Shown in pieces: positions 25,717-35,317 of a stretch of DNA of 39,633 nucleotides (its first letter is position 1; each line of letters opens with the position of its first letter). This DNA comes from Candidatus Poseidoniaceae archaeon (lineage in GTDB: Archaea > Thermoplasmatota > Poseidoniia > Poseidoniales > Poseidoniaceae): NCBI GenBank assembly GCA_030741225.1, contig JASLVU010000001.1, forward strand, positions 1-39,633. The letters run 5' to 3'. Below the pieces are notes generated by a model, which did no database searches, was not told the origin of the DNA, and saw only the letters and a program-made list of their open reading frames with translations. The position numbers and the translations under genes are program-made.

Positions 25717-27018
25717 TCAAGCCTCTTCAACGACGCAAATCACGAGAGTTTCGGAGCCTGAATGTTGGATGAGAAACGCTTCTCTACGGCCATGCCGGCG
25801 GGATAGTTGTCGATCAAAAGCACCCTGGATTTTCGGTTGAGTGTCCGGGGGGAGAGGCGCTCGAACCGTCAGTTGCGAGATATCGTTTTCCAAACATAAT
25901 TCAACCACTTCATCAACGGTCTCAAGCGTAAGTTTGGTGTGTGCAAGAGCGACTATTCGGCCAGTAGCCTGCACCATCAACCGATTGTTTTCACCGTCGA
26001 TTCGGAGGGGTTTTTGATGATGGATTTGGGGGCGACGTCCTTCGACTTCATTCCACGTGATTTCATCGGATTTGGTGACCGTGTGAATCCAATCGGTTGC
26101 AAGGCCGCTTTCGACCAATGCAGCATCAAGTATGGTCACATATTCTCCCCTTTGAGGGGTTTTCTGAGTCTGGCGAGGGATTCCGTCACCGTGCTTAATC
26201 GGGAGGCCGCCAGAAACAACTTTCGCGTCCTCAGTGATCATTGGAGGGATTCGAACAAATCGGCGAGCGTGTTGGGCTGATGCTGCTCCGCCAAGCCAAA
26301 GTGCGAGGCGGTCGATGCGCCCTCGGCCGCGCGAAGTCCAAACCCAGGTGCGTGCAATTCCTTGCCATACTTGGTCAACCATAGCCTCAACATCCAATCG
26401 CTGTTGATGTGAAAGACGAGGGGATAAATCCAACAGGATAGAAGGGCCTGCTGGCCCATGTTTGAGGTGATTTTTCCAACCTTGGAACACTTCATCGAGT
26501 CGCGGAGCCATTTCATTCAAACCGTGCGTTCTACTGTTTCTTGGTCGAGCGGGGTCAAGGTGTAAAAAGGCGATAGATGGCATCGAATGAAGTTGGAAAT
26601 GGTCGGCAATAGACGCACAAACAACCGCTCCATCTCTGCCGTCTCCGGACAGAATTCGGGTTTGGAGAAAATAATCAGTCGTACTTTCGTTGCGATAATT
26701 AGCAATTGACTGTATGTTTACTGCGCTTGCTTGAGCCCGAGCGGGATTTAACTCCACTCCAATTCCTGGGCGCTGCAACAGAGCGATGTGGGCGCCAAGC
26801 TGTATTCCACTGCCGCAGGCACAATCCAAAATATACCCCTCTGGAAGTTGAAGTTCGGTGAGCAGTTTGGAACGGGCAAGTGCAACTTGCCAAGGAGTTG
26901 CGAGAGGTTGTCCTTCATCCGCGTGATAGAACACCAATTCTTTCCCAGCAGTCTTGTCAGGGGAAAATTCAACCAACCCGTTCGTTGAGGTTATTTTGGG
27001 GTCGAAGATTTGACTCAT
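25717..27018 (-). CDS. Class I SAM-dependent methyltransferase with a long C-terminal (THUMP-like?) extension; probable RNA methyltransferase
   Basis: ATG at 27018, 9 nt after the pyrE stop. SAM motif I is ILDCACGSGIQLG, followed by an acidic post-I motif (GVELNP) and then FLHLDPARP. The C-terminal roughly 120 aa (...ISQLTVRAPLPPDTQPKIQGAFDRQL) resemble the THUMP-like tail of an uncharacterised bacterial methyltransferase family. Confidence 0.6.
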   Translation of the reverse strand: MSQIFDPKITSTNGLVEFSPDKTAGKELVFYHADEGQPLATPWQVALARSKLLTELQLPEGYILDCACGSGIQLGAHIALLQRPGIGVELNPARAQASAVNIQSIANYRNESTTDYFLQTRILSGDGRDGAVVCASIADHFQLHSMPSIAFLHLDPARPRNSRTHGLNEMAPRLDEVFQGWKNHLKHGPAGPSILLDLSPRLSHQQRLDVEAMVDQVWQGIARTWVWTSRGRGRIDRLALWLGGAASAQHARRFVRIPPMITEDAKVVSGGLPIKHGDGIPRQTQKTPQRGEYVTILDAALVESGLATDWIHTVTKSDEITWNEVEGRRPQIHHQKPLRIDGENNRLMVQATGRIVALAHTKLTLETVDEVVELCLENDISQLTVRAPLPPDTQPKIQGAFDRQLSRRHGRREAFLIQHSGSETLVICVVEEA

Positions 27019-27027
27019 CCTTTCGCC

Positions 27028-27627
27028 TCAAATTCCGGCAACGTCCGACCGAGTGAGAATGCTCTCGAAATGTATTCCTGCGTCTTCGAAGGCTTTTTTG
27101 GCACCTTCTTGACGGTCAACGATGCTGATAACGGCAACGACTTGGCATGAAGTATCGTTGTGAATTCTTTCCACTGCACGAATTGCCGAACCCCCTGTAG
27201 TCGTCACGTCCTCAACAATGATGATGTCGCCTCCTGCTTCTAACGAACTGCCCTCGATGCCCGGGGGGTTGTTGGTTTTCCTTCCGCCGCGGCCTTTCGA
27301 TTCTTTGCGAACCATGAAGCCACGGCGAGGAGAATCTGTAGACGATGTTGCAATGGCTATTGCTGTCAGCGGCACTGCTCCTAACTCGAGTCCACCGACG
27401 AAATCTGCGCCTAATGCATCCATTCGCATATTGAAGAGTTGGCCGAGCAGGTGCGTCGATTCTGGGTGCATCATCACCGGCTTCGTGTCAAAAAACCAAC
27501 GTGATTGGCGTCCACTGGCGAGAGTGAATGCGTCGTCAGTACCGCCGTCGATGAAGGCCAATTCACGAACCAATTCTACGAGACGTGCCCAATTTTGATG
27601 GTTGCGGACGCTAGAGTGAACTGTCAT
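27028..27627 (-). CDS. pyrE: Orotate phosphoribosyltransferase (type I PRTase)
   Basis: It has the PRPP-binding loop DIIIVEDVTTTGGSA, with upstream FTLASGRQSRWFFD and downstream VVAVISIVDRQEG blocks typical of PyrE. Confidence 0.75.
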   Translation of the reverse strand: MTVHSSVRNHQNWARLVELVRELAFIDGGTDDAFTLASGRQSRWFFDTKPVMMHPESTHLLGQLFNMRMDALGADFVGGLELGAVPLTAIAIATSSTDSPRRGFMVRKESKGRGGRKTNNPPGIEGSSLEAGGDIIIVEDVTTTGGSAIRAVERIHNDTSCQVVAVISIVDRQEGAKKAFEDAGIHFESILTRSDVAGI

Positions 27628-27744
27628 GGATACCCGCTCTCATCCAGCGTCAATGAACTTTGTTCTCACACAAGCAGCAAACCACATCATAAAAAAGAGG
27701 CGAGGCACTCATAAACGGTCGCCTACAAGGTGTGTTGAAGTCCC

Positions 27745-30700
27745 ATGTCGAATACAGAAAGTGGGGGCCAAAAACAAGGAATAAATCCCTTGATTGGTCT
27801 CGACATTGAACGTTTAGAGGCAGAAATGCTTCGATATCATCAATGGCTTGATGAGCACGCTGATGAAGCATACATTGTTGCTGAAAAGGCGAGAAATTTG
27901 GGTTATGATCACAAAGAATTCGTTGAAATTCCACGAGCTGCCGACCTCGCAGGAAGAACCGAAAAATTACTCGTCGAGTATCTTGATGGGTATGAAGTGG
28001 CCGAGGATATTCGCAAACTTTTGGCAGAACACGACCGAGAGACAACATCGATTATGATGGCCCAGAGTGTAGCAAGAGGGTTTCGTGAACGAGGCTACGA
28101 CCTCATCACAGCTATCGATGTTGGGCTCCGTGTTGGCCTTGCTGTCCTCACCGAAGCGGTTCTGGTTGCTCCTCTGGAAGGTATCAGCGAAGTCCGGCTG
28201 TTGAACAATGTGGATGGTTCTCAGTTTTTGTCTGTACACTTTGCCGGGCCAATCCGAGCTGCGGGTGGAACCGCTCAAGCATTAGCTGTTTTGATTGCTG
28301 ATATGATTCGCAGAGAACTCAATATTGGACATTACCAGCCGACCGACCCTGAAGTTGAACGCGTGAAAGAAGAATTCGGTTTGTATCGTGGAAATCTGCA
28401 ATACAGGCCGTCTCCTGCAGAAATTGATGAGATTGTTCGCGCATGCCCGATTATGATTAACGGAGAGTCGACTGAACGGATTGAATGTGCCGGTTATGGG
28501 CGAGTTCGAAACATCGACGAAGCACGTATTCGTGGAGGTGTTTTGCTTGTTATTGGTGAAGGTATGTGCCTCAAAGCACCAAAGATTCGCAAACATACCG
28601 AACGTCTCAAAGTCCCCGGATGGGAATTTATATCGAAATTCGCTTCTAAGGGGAAAGACTCCGAATCCAAAGGAGAAAGTGGCTCCTTCAAGTCGAGAAA
28701 AGTTCCGACGATTACGAAATTTATGAAGGACATAATCGCTGGAAGGCCTGTTTTTGGAGCACCTCTTCAACCGGGTGGCTTTCGCCTACGATACGGGCGT
28801 GCACGACCCTCTGGACTTGCCGCAGCCTCGACCAACCCCGCATCAATGCTGGCCATGGACGATTTCATTACAATAGGCACACAAATGAAAATTGAACGGC
28901 CTGGTAAGGCGTGTGCTATCACCCCTTCGGACAATACAGATGGGCCATGGGTCGTGCTAAATGATGGCAGATTCTTGCGTATTGATGATGCTCGAAGTTA
29001 TTCTGCTGTTCGTTCGAAAGTCGGGTGTGTTTGGGACAATGGAGAGTTGGTTCTTGGGTATGGAGAATTTATGGAAAACAACAAAAATTTGGTTCCAGCT
29101 GGATACTGCAACGATTGGTGGGCGAGCGATCTCCTTGAAATGCTTAATTCCGATTCGACTGTTGAAGAGTTTGCCAAATTAAGCGGGCTTTCAGTCGATG
29201 ATTTACCCGAAGGATTACCTGGGCTTCAACCAGAAGATGTTGAAAATGCAAATACTCAATTCCATATCCGCAGAAAATGGCATGCCTATTTGACCAAGTG
29301 TGTTCTAAAATGGGAACAATTCAAAGCAATTTCTTTGCGATTTAAAACTGCAATTCCAAATCCACAAAACCCTTGGTTTCTCGACCTACCCATTGAATGG
29401 GTCCCTCCTCTGTTGGAATTGTTGGAAAACGCAATCATTGAACCGATTGGAACACAGAATTCTGGTGAAAAAAAGGATGATGAAGTCTTTATGGCGCACC
29501 CTATACATGAGCCCCGGCAACTTCGAATTGTCGATGGGGTAAAAGGTTGGACGCCAAAGGTAATGGAAATTTTGAGACCTGAATCCTTTGATGACCTTTC
29601 AAAACATGAAATTCCCGGGCCGCCCCAAAGGCCCGTCAAACCGATATTCTCCAAGGAAATACCTGAAGTTTGGGCGCTCATTCAGCACGGATTTGCTAAG
29701 GCATCTGCGATGATACTCGGGCTCCGGCACCACCACGATGGTGAAGATTTGGTGATTACATCAGGGTGGCCTGCAATGTTGGAGGCTTTTGGATTTGGAG
29801 ATGGTGGTGAGAGCCCTCTTCGTATAGTCGATGCGGGTTCAAAGTTCAACTCGCGAATCAAACAATTACGTGATGCGCATGCAACCTTGTCTGAAGAGCG
29901 AGCGCGCCTAAAGGAACTTCGACAATCTCGTTCTACTGTTCGTATAGCCGCCGAAACCGATGCTCGACAGAGAGGATTAGGTATTGCAGAAACAGATGAG
30001 GTTGGGCGGCTGGCAGAAGCAAAAGTCGAAGATACTGGCCCTGCGGACCCTCAAAAATACCTCGCTGCTCAAATTCATGAAGATGATCATGCTGTTGATG
30101 GAATTCTCCAAATCATCCGTAAGATCTCCGACCTGCGTTGGGAACATGCCGCCCCAGTTCGTGTTGGGTGTCGTATGGGACGGCCAGAAAAAGCGGCGCC
30201 TCGAATAATGAATCCGATGACTCATGCTCTGTTTCCTATCGAGTTAAACGGCGGAAATCAACGATTGCTCGCAAACGCTGCTGAAAAACAAAGTATTCGT
30301 GTTCAAGTTGGGCGGCGAATTTGCAGTAAATGTGGGAAAGAATCCCCATTCATCCTCTGTCATCACCGGCTGGTAGACCCGGACGGCATGGAAAGGGTTG
30401 GCGAGCCGTGTGGCGGACGAACCAAAATGAAAGAAAACGAGAACTCTAAACGCCGCAGAAGAGGAGAATTGCAGACGGTTCGTTTGGACACAATGATTGA
30501 AGATGCTCGAATTCGTCTTGGGATTGACAGGATTCCTCGACAAGTGAAGTGTATGAAAAAGATTGCCAGCAGAGACCAAACTCCTGAGGCGATTGAAAAG
30601 GGGTTGCTTCGTGCAAAACACGAGCTCCCTGTTTTTCGAGACGGTACGGTTCGTTTCGATATGAGTGATGTCCCCATTACCCACTTCTCTCCGAGAGAGG

Positions 30701-31866
30701 TGGATGTCTCATGGCAAACATTGCATTCGTTAGGATATACGCATGACTTCGAAGGAGTCCCTCTCACCAACGACGAGCAAATGTTGGAAATTTTTCCCCA
30801 AGATTTCATCGTCAGTAAAGCAGCAGGCGATTTCTTCGTGCGTACAGCCCAATTCATTGATGAACTTCTCGTACGATACTATGGTTTGGAACCCTACTAC
30901 AATGTCGATACTCCTGATGACCTTGTTGGGCACCTCATTTGCGCTCTTGCACCCCACACCTCCGGAGGAGTGTTGAGCAGAATCATCGGTTGGGCCGACT
31001 GTTCTGGTGGATATGCCCATCCCTTGTTTCACGCTGCAAAGCGAAGAAATTGCGATGGAGACGAGGATGCTATCATGCTCCTCATGGACGGACTACTCAA
31101 CTTCAGTAGAGAGATTTTACCCGCAAATAGAGGAGGTTTGATGGATGCCCCTTTGGTTTTGACGACACGTCTCAACCCTACTGAAGTCGATAAAGAAGCA
31201 TTGAATGTTGATTCAGGGTGGTTTTACAGCCGTGATTTTTATGAAACCACACTCTCGCAACCGCATCCAAAAGAATGTGCTGAGCGAATGGATTTTGTCG
31301 AACGGCGACTCGGTTCTGTTGCTGCTGTACGCGGTTACGGCTATACTCACGATTGTCACGCTATTGACCAAGGGCCTGCACTCTGTGCATACAAGACCCT
31401 TGACACCATGATTGACAAAATGAACGGTCAATTGGACCTCGGCCATCGATTGAGAGGGGTTGATGTGCGAACTGTAGCATCGAGTGTGGTACGTTCGCAC
31501 TTTTTGCCGGACCTTAGAGGAAACCTCAATGCTTATGCGCGTCAAAAAATTAGGTGCCTAAAATGTGGCCATTCGTATCGAAGAATGCCGGTAGCAGGCA
31601 CATGCATCCAGTCAAAAAAGGAAACTGGGCGAGGACTGTCAAGCGTTGGCGTTTCAAAATCTGAAGGAGGCTTGTGTGGCGGGAATCTTGCACTTACAGT
31701 ATCTGAAGGTGCGGTGAGAAAATACATCAAAGTTACAAAGCACGTCATGGCAACATATGGTGTCGATATGTACACAAGGCAGAATGTCGAGTGGTTAGCC
31801 GATAGTGCGGATTCATTGTTCAACAACGATCGAGCGAAGCAACTCTCTCTAGCTGACTTCCTCTAA
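27745..31866 (+). CDS. polC: DNA polymerase II (PolD) large subunit DP2
   Basis: 1373 aa. DP2 signature blocks are present: NCDGDEDAIMLLMDGLLNFS, GGLMDAPLVLTTRLNP and LAPHTSGGVLSRIIGW. There are Cys-rich zinc modules (CSKCGKESPFILCHH...CGG and CLKCGHSYRRMP...CGGNL). No intein-like insertion recognised. Confidence 0.9.
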   Translation: MSNTESGGQKQGINPLIGLDIERLEAEMLRYHQWLDEHADEAYIVAEKARNLGYDHKEFVEIPRAADLAGRTEKLLVEYLDGYEVAEDIRKLLAEHDRETTSIMMAQSVARGFRERGYDLITAIDVGLRVGLAVLTEAVLVAPLEGISEVRLLNNVDGSQFLSVHFAGPIRAAGGTAQALAVLIADMIRRELNIGHYQPTDPEVERVKEEFGLYRGNLQYRPSPAEIDEIVRACPIMINGESTERIECAGYGRVRNIDEARIRGGVLLVIGEGMCLKAPKIRKHTERLKVPGWEFISKFASKGKDSESKGESGSFKSRKVPTITKFMKDIIAGRPVFGAPLQPGGFRLRYGRARPSGLAAASTNPASMLAMDDFITIGTQMKIERPGKACAITPSDNTDGPWVVLNDGRFLRIDDARSYSAVRSKVGCVWDNGELVLGYGEFMENNKNLVPAGYCNDWWASDLLEMLNSDSTVEEFAKLSGLSVDDLPEGLPGLQPEDVENANTQFHIRRKWHAYLTKCVLKWEQFKAISLRFKTAIPNPQNPWFLDLPIEWVPPLLELLENAIIEPIGTQNSGEKKDDEVFMAHPIHEPRQLRIVDGVKGWTPKVMEILRPESFDDLSKHEIPGPPQRPVKPIFSKEIPEVWALIQHGFAKASAMILGLRHHHDGEDLVITSGWPAMLEAFGFGDGGESPLRIVDAGSKFNSRIKQLRDAHATLSEERARLKELRQSRSTVRIAAETDARQRGLGIAETDEVGRLAEAKVEDTGPADPQKYLAAQIHEDDHAVDGILQIIRKISDLRWEHAAPVRVGCRMGRPEKAAPRIMNPMTHALFPIELNGGNQRLLANAAEKQSIRVQVGRRICSKCGKESPFILCHHRLVDPDGMERVGEPCGGRTKMKENENSKRRRRGELQTVRLDTMIEDARIRLGIDRIPRQVKCMKKIASRDQTPEAIEKGLLRAKHELPVFRDGTVRFDMSDVPITHFSPREVDVSWQTLHSLGYTHDFEGVPLTNDEQMLEIFPQDFIVSKAAGDFFVRTAQFIDELLVRYYGLEPYYNVDTPDDLVGHLICALAPHTSGGVLSRIIGWADCSGGYAHPLFHAAKRRNCDGDEDAIMLLMDGLLNFSREILPANRGGLMDAPLVLTTRLNPTEVDKEALNVDSGWFYSRDFYETTLSQPHPKECAERMDFVERRLGSVAAVRGYGYTHDCHAIDQGPALCAYKTLDTMIDKMNGQLDLGHRLRGVDVRTVASSVVRSHFLPDLRGNLNAYARQKIRCLKCGHSYRRMPVAGTCIQSKKETGRGLSSVGVSKSEGGLCGGNLALTVSEGAVRKYIKVTKHVMATYGVDMYTRQNVEWLADSADSLFNNDRAKQLSLADFL

Positions 31867-31939
31867 GGTTTGAGTTCGTGCACGAAACCGGAATTTACTT
31901 TTTATCAAATGAGGGGTTGTTGCCTATCGAGGGGCAGTT

Positions 31940-32515
31940 ATGGACGAGGCAACACTTGTTCTGTACGTGATACTGTATGTACTTTTACCGTTATGGGGTA
32001 TAGCGAGCATGTTGGATTGGTGGTGCCATAAACAAACCTCAATTGAATCGACTTCGGGACTTCATGAAGCGAATATTCACTGCTTGATGGGTTTTCAAAT
32101 CGCAATTCCTTTGGTACTCTCATTGATTTTTGAAGTCAATGTTTTCGTTCTCCTTTTGTGCCTTGGTGCACTTATCGCTCATGAATTGGTTGCGCATTAT
32201 GATGTCCATTACACAACCGACAAGCGCGAAATTAGTATCTGGGAAGTCCATGCTCACAATTATTTGGCAACACTGCCATTTTTCCTGTTTTTACTCATCG
32301 TCGTTCGAAAGTGGGAGGTTTTTATCGACCTTATCACACTCAACTGGTCTGGTGGATTTGGATTAGAATGGAGACAAGAACCACTTGGAGCCACTGGCAA
32401 TTACGCTGCATTTTACATCGGCTCGATGTCAATTCTCGTGGTTGTGCCTTACTTCCAAGAATGGTGGCGATGTTGGAACTACCAAAGAAAGCAAGCGAAG
32501 GAAGTGGTTGATTGA
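31940..32515 (+). CDS. Small His-rich integral membrane protein (191 aa); candidate membrane metalloenzyme
   Basis: ATG at 31940. It has four to five hydrophobic helices. Nine His residues cluster at helix ends: WWCHKQT, GLHEANIH, IAHELVAHYDVH and EVHAHNY. It is the first gene of a translationally coupled cassette. Confidence 0.55.
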   Translation: MDEATLVLYVILYVLLPLWGIASMLDWWCHKQTSIESTSGLHEANIHCLMGFQIAIPLVLSLIFEVNVFVLLLCLGALIAHELVAHYDVHYTTDKREISIWEVHAHNYLATLPFFLFLLIVVRKWEVFIDLITLNWSGGFGLEWRQEPLGATGNYAAFYIGSMSILVVVPYFQEWWRCWNYQRKQAKEVVD

Positions 32516-33648
32516 GCGTGTATATTACAAGTACAGGGATTTTTCTTCCTGGCCCATCGGTTGCTGTTGAAGAAGTCGAAAACATCCTCGGAGCAGTTCA
32601 TGGAAAACCCTCATCGCTTCGAGTCCAAATACAAAAGGCGAACAAAATACAAACTCGGCATTATGCAATTGATGAAAATCAGCAGACGACCCACAGCAAT
32701 ACTGAAATGGCTGCAAATGCTGCTGAACAATGTCTTGACAGGGCATTTATTGGTCGAGAAAAAGTCGGCATGCTCGCCGTTGCATCAACTCAAGGAGATT
32801 TGCCGGCTCCAGGTATGGCAAGCATGGTTCAAGCAGAACTCGAATTGCCCGAAATTGAAATTTTAACAACCCATGGGATTTGTTCTTCTTCGATTATGGC
32901 TCTCAAGGCAGCATGGAACAGTATGCGGCTTGAAGAGCACGAAGCGGCATTGGTTGTTTCGAGCGAATTAGCAAGCCGGTTGTTGAAAAAACAACGCTAT
33001 GAAGCCGCTACAACCTCGACTTTTGCAACAAAACGGATTGATTTCAGCACCGAATTTCTTCGATGGATGCTGTCCGATGGAGCTGGAGCTCTCTTACTTC
33101 AAAATAAACCGGCGCCGAAGGGACTCAGTCTTCGAATCGATTGGATTCGAGCATTTTCACACGCCCATGCGCTCCCTACGTGCATGAGTGTAGGTTCTGC
33201 GGGACGAAATGAAGATAAGAGAACTTGGCAAGACTACAACACATACGCTGAAGCAGAGAAAGACGGTGCATTGCTCCTCAGACAAGATGTCCGCCTACTT
33301 GAAAACCTCATGCGAATGGGAGTTGACGGATACCTACGGCTGGTCGATGAAGGTGTGAGTAATCCAAGCAAAGTCGATCATTTCTTGTGCCATTATTCAA
33401 GTCACCATTTCCGCAACAAAATCCTTGAATTGCTCGATAGAGCAGGTGTCGGAATTCCTGAAGAAAAATGGTGGACAAACCTCTATACGCGTGGAAACAC
33501 CGGTTCTGCATCGCTTTTCATTATGCTCGATGAATTCCTTCGTACCGATGAAGTCACTATTAAAGAGGGAGAAAGTGTTCTTTGCTTTGTTCCCGAAAGT
33601 GGTCGTTTCAATACGACCTACGTACATCTCACGGTGGTGAGCCAATGA
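32512..33648 (+). CDS. Beta-ketoacyl synthase III (FabH-like) family condensing enzyme
   Basis: The TTG at 32512 overlaps the upstream TGA (TTGA); an in-frame GTG at 32518 is the alternative start. The N-terminus YITSTGIFLPG matches the family. A candidate Cys-His-Asn catalytic triad is seen in THGICSSSIMAL, FLCHYSSHHF and TRGNTGSASLFIML. Confidence 0.75.
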   Translation: MSVYITSTGIFLPGPSVAVEEVENILGAVHGKPSSLRVQIQKANKIQTRHYAIDENQQTTHSNTEMAANAAEQCLDRAFIGREKVGMLAVASTQGDLPAPGMASMVQAELELPEIEILTTHGICSSSIMALKAAWNSMRLEEHEAALVVSSELASRLLKKQRYEAATTSTFATKRIDFSTEFLRWMLSDGAGALLLQNKPAPKGLSLRIDWIRAFSHAHALPTCMSVGSAGRNEDKRTWQDYNTYAEAEKDGALLLRQDVRLLENLMRMGVDGYLRLVDEGVSNPSKVDHFLCHYSSHHFRNKILELLDRAGVGIPEEKWWTNLYTRGNTGSASLFIMLDEFLRTDEVTIKEGESVLCFVPESGRFNTTYVHLTVVSQ

Positions 33649-34391
33649 AAAATGGAGAAATAAAAATAGAAACCGAACTGGAACATGAAATTGAAGTCGA
33701 CGAGGTAAGTGAGGGTTTGAATCCACATGCCCAAATTTGCTTGCAACATCTATTGCGAGTGTGGCTAGGATTTGAGCGAGACCTTGCCAAAGTTCCTCTG
33801 CTGCGACGTATCGATCTAGGGACATATACTGCTGAGGACCATCAGCTCTTTCTGTTGAATATTCGTCAGCAAGTCATTGAAGGCTCAAGATGGATTACCA
33901 GAACGGCAAGTAGCTTTGACAGAGACCATGCAGAAATTCGTTCAACAGTCATTAGTCATGCAGTTGACGAACACCGAGACTACGAGATGTTGGAAAAGGA
34001 CTTTGTCGCTTCTGGAGGCCGACTTGAGGACATACTCAGCATGGAGCGGAATATTGGTTCAGAAGCACTTCATGGATTCCTTATGCACAAGTCATCCCAA
34101 CCGAACCCAATTGATTTGTTAGGAGCGATGTGGATTATCGAAGGCCTTGGGGAAAAAATGGCAACCTCTTGGGCTGAAAGAATTCAGGAATTAACCGGAC
34201 TGGGTAAAGATTCAACTCGATTTATGACTTATCATGGACACAACGATAGTGAACATATGGAACGCTTCTATGCTACATTGGACAGTGTTTGCACCGATGA
34301 AAAGGCAATTCAGCGTATTGTCAAAACAGCAAAAGTCGTTGCCCGCCTCTATCGTTTGCAGTTGGAGGAGTTGGAACAGAGTGGCGAATGA
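33645..34391 (+). CDS. Heme-oxygenase-like fold, iron-containing redox enzyme family protein (putative di-iron oxidase)
   Basis: The ATG at 33645 overlaps the KAS III stop (ATGA). The protein looks all-helical and has carboxylate/His ligand-like motifs: HAVDEHRDYEML, WIIEGLGEKM and YHGHNDSEHMERF. Confidence 0.55.
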   Translation: MKNGEIKIETELEHEIEVDEVSEGLNPHAQICLQHLLRVWLGFERDLAKVPLLRRIDLGTYTAEDHQLFLLNIRQQVIEGSRWITRTASSFDRDHAEIRSTVISHAVDEHRDYEMLEKDFVASGGRLEDILSMERNIGSEALHGFLMHKSSQPNPIDLLGAMWIIEGLGEKMATSWAERIQELTGLGKDSTRFMTYHGHNDSEHMERFYATLDSVCTDEKAIQRIVKTAKVVARLYRLQLEELEQSGE

Positions 34392-35298
34392 AAAAGTACT
34401 GTCAAGAAAAGAGCGTCGTGCTGAACGCAGACTGCAGAAAGCCTTGGAGAAAAATCACGGGCGAATGCCTGCTTCATTGAGCGACGCTTTAGGAGGGGAT
34501 GAAAGTCTGCCCTTGGATTCAGTAGCCAAAGAGTATTGGCTGAAAGATCTTCAAAATCCCCTAAGGATTATCGTACTTCCTACGCTCAAAATCCTCTTGA
34601 GTATCACACTTCACATCACGTATTACTTGAAACGCTTATCACCAATCCAATGGCGTGCACACAGATTCTTACAATGGCAAATCTGCTTCTTCATGAAGTA
34701 TTTCGTTCGACCAGAAGCAAATATTTTGATTCTACGACACTTTCAAGCCGAAAGTAATCTGTTGAATTTTGTCATAGATAATTCGGGTAAAGACGGTGTT
34801 GCACCTGTTGAAATCTATCCAAAAGAAATTCAAGATTTAATGGTACAAACATTTGTTCATCACGATCAAGGGATATTAATGACTATGCGAGATTTGGGGC
34901 AAATGGATACTTCAAATTGGCCGATTAAAGAGAAGGATTTGTCATGGCAAAACTGGGAGCCGGTACGTATTGACTATGGTTCAAAAAAGAAAAAGTGGAC
35001 GCAATTTCTTGATTTTGAAACTGCTCACGAATTGTTCAAGACCACGTTTTGTTTCTGGTTAACCGCAAAAGAATACGAGGCGGCAATCAATTCATTCCAA
35101 TTCGACCATTCTGTAGGGATTCGAATAGATGAAATTGTTGGGGCTGCACACTTTGCAGACTTAGCATACAATCGATTCCCGATGATTCTTGTTGGGCCTA
35201 CTGGTCTCTCTTATCGTTTCTTGATGCACGGTTTCTTTGTTGAGCATGCGCATGCTCATTTGGAAAAAATTCGTTTATCGCTTGGTTTAGAAAACTAA
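34381..35298 (+). CDS. Hypothetical protein (about 305 aa) of unknown family, last gene of the cassette
   Basis: The frame of ORF 34234..35298 is used. The in-frame GTG at 34381 overlaps the upstream stop by 11 nt, whereas the ATG at 34234 would overlap the upstream gene by 158 nt. The N-terminus is basic (SRKERRAERRLQKALEK) and there is one hydrophobic helix (LRIIVLPTLKILLSITLHITYY). No motif recognised. The start is uncertain. Confidence 0.5.
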   Translation: MANEKVLSRKERRAERRLQKALEKNHGRMPASLSDALGGDESLPLDSVAKEYWLKDLQNPLRIIVLPTLKILLSITLHITYYLKRLSPIQWRAHRFLQWQICFFMKYFVRPEANILILRHFQAESNLLNFVIDNSGKDGVAPVEIYPKEIQDLMVQTFVHHDQGILMTMRDLGQMDTSNWPIKEKDLSWQNWEPVRIDYGSKKKKWTQFLDFETAHELFKTTFCFWLTAKEYEAAINSFQFDHSVGIRIDEIVGAAHFADLAYNRFPMILVGPTGLSYRFLMHGFFVEHAHAHLEKIRLSLGLEN

Positions 35299-35317
35299 GT
35301 TTCTGTGGGCAAGTGGA

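Noticed and set aside
28282-30857. Minus-strand ORFs of 131-164 aa inside polC (28282..28770, 29286..29681, 30244..30684, 30363..30857)
   Set aside because: All are antisense to a continuous 1373-aa DP2 reading frame that has conserved blocks throughout. They have no motifs and skewed composition.
27745-31866. Possible intein in the PolD large subunit, since DP2 genes of some archaea carry inteins and this one is fairly long
   Set aside because: I found no intein-like block structure: no Cys/Ser-led insertion ending in His-Asn followed by Cys/Ser/Thr, and no homing-endonuclease LAGLIDADG motifs. The extra length appears spread over variable linker regions.
34234-34380. ATG at 34234 as the start of the last cassette gene
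   Set aside because: It would overlap the preceding heme-oxygenase-like gene by 158 nt. The in-frame GTG at 34381 gives the short overlap typical of the other junctions in this cassette. The start remains uncertain.
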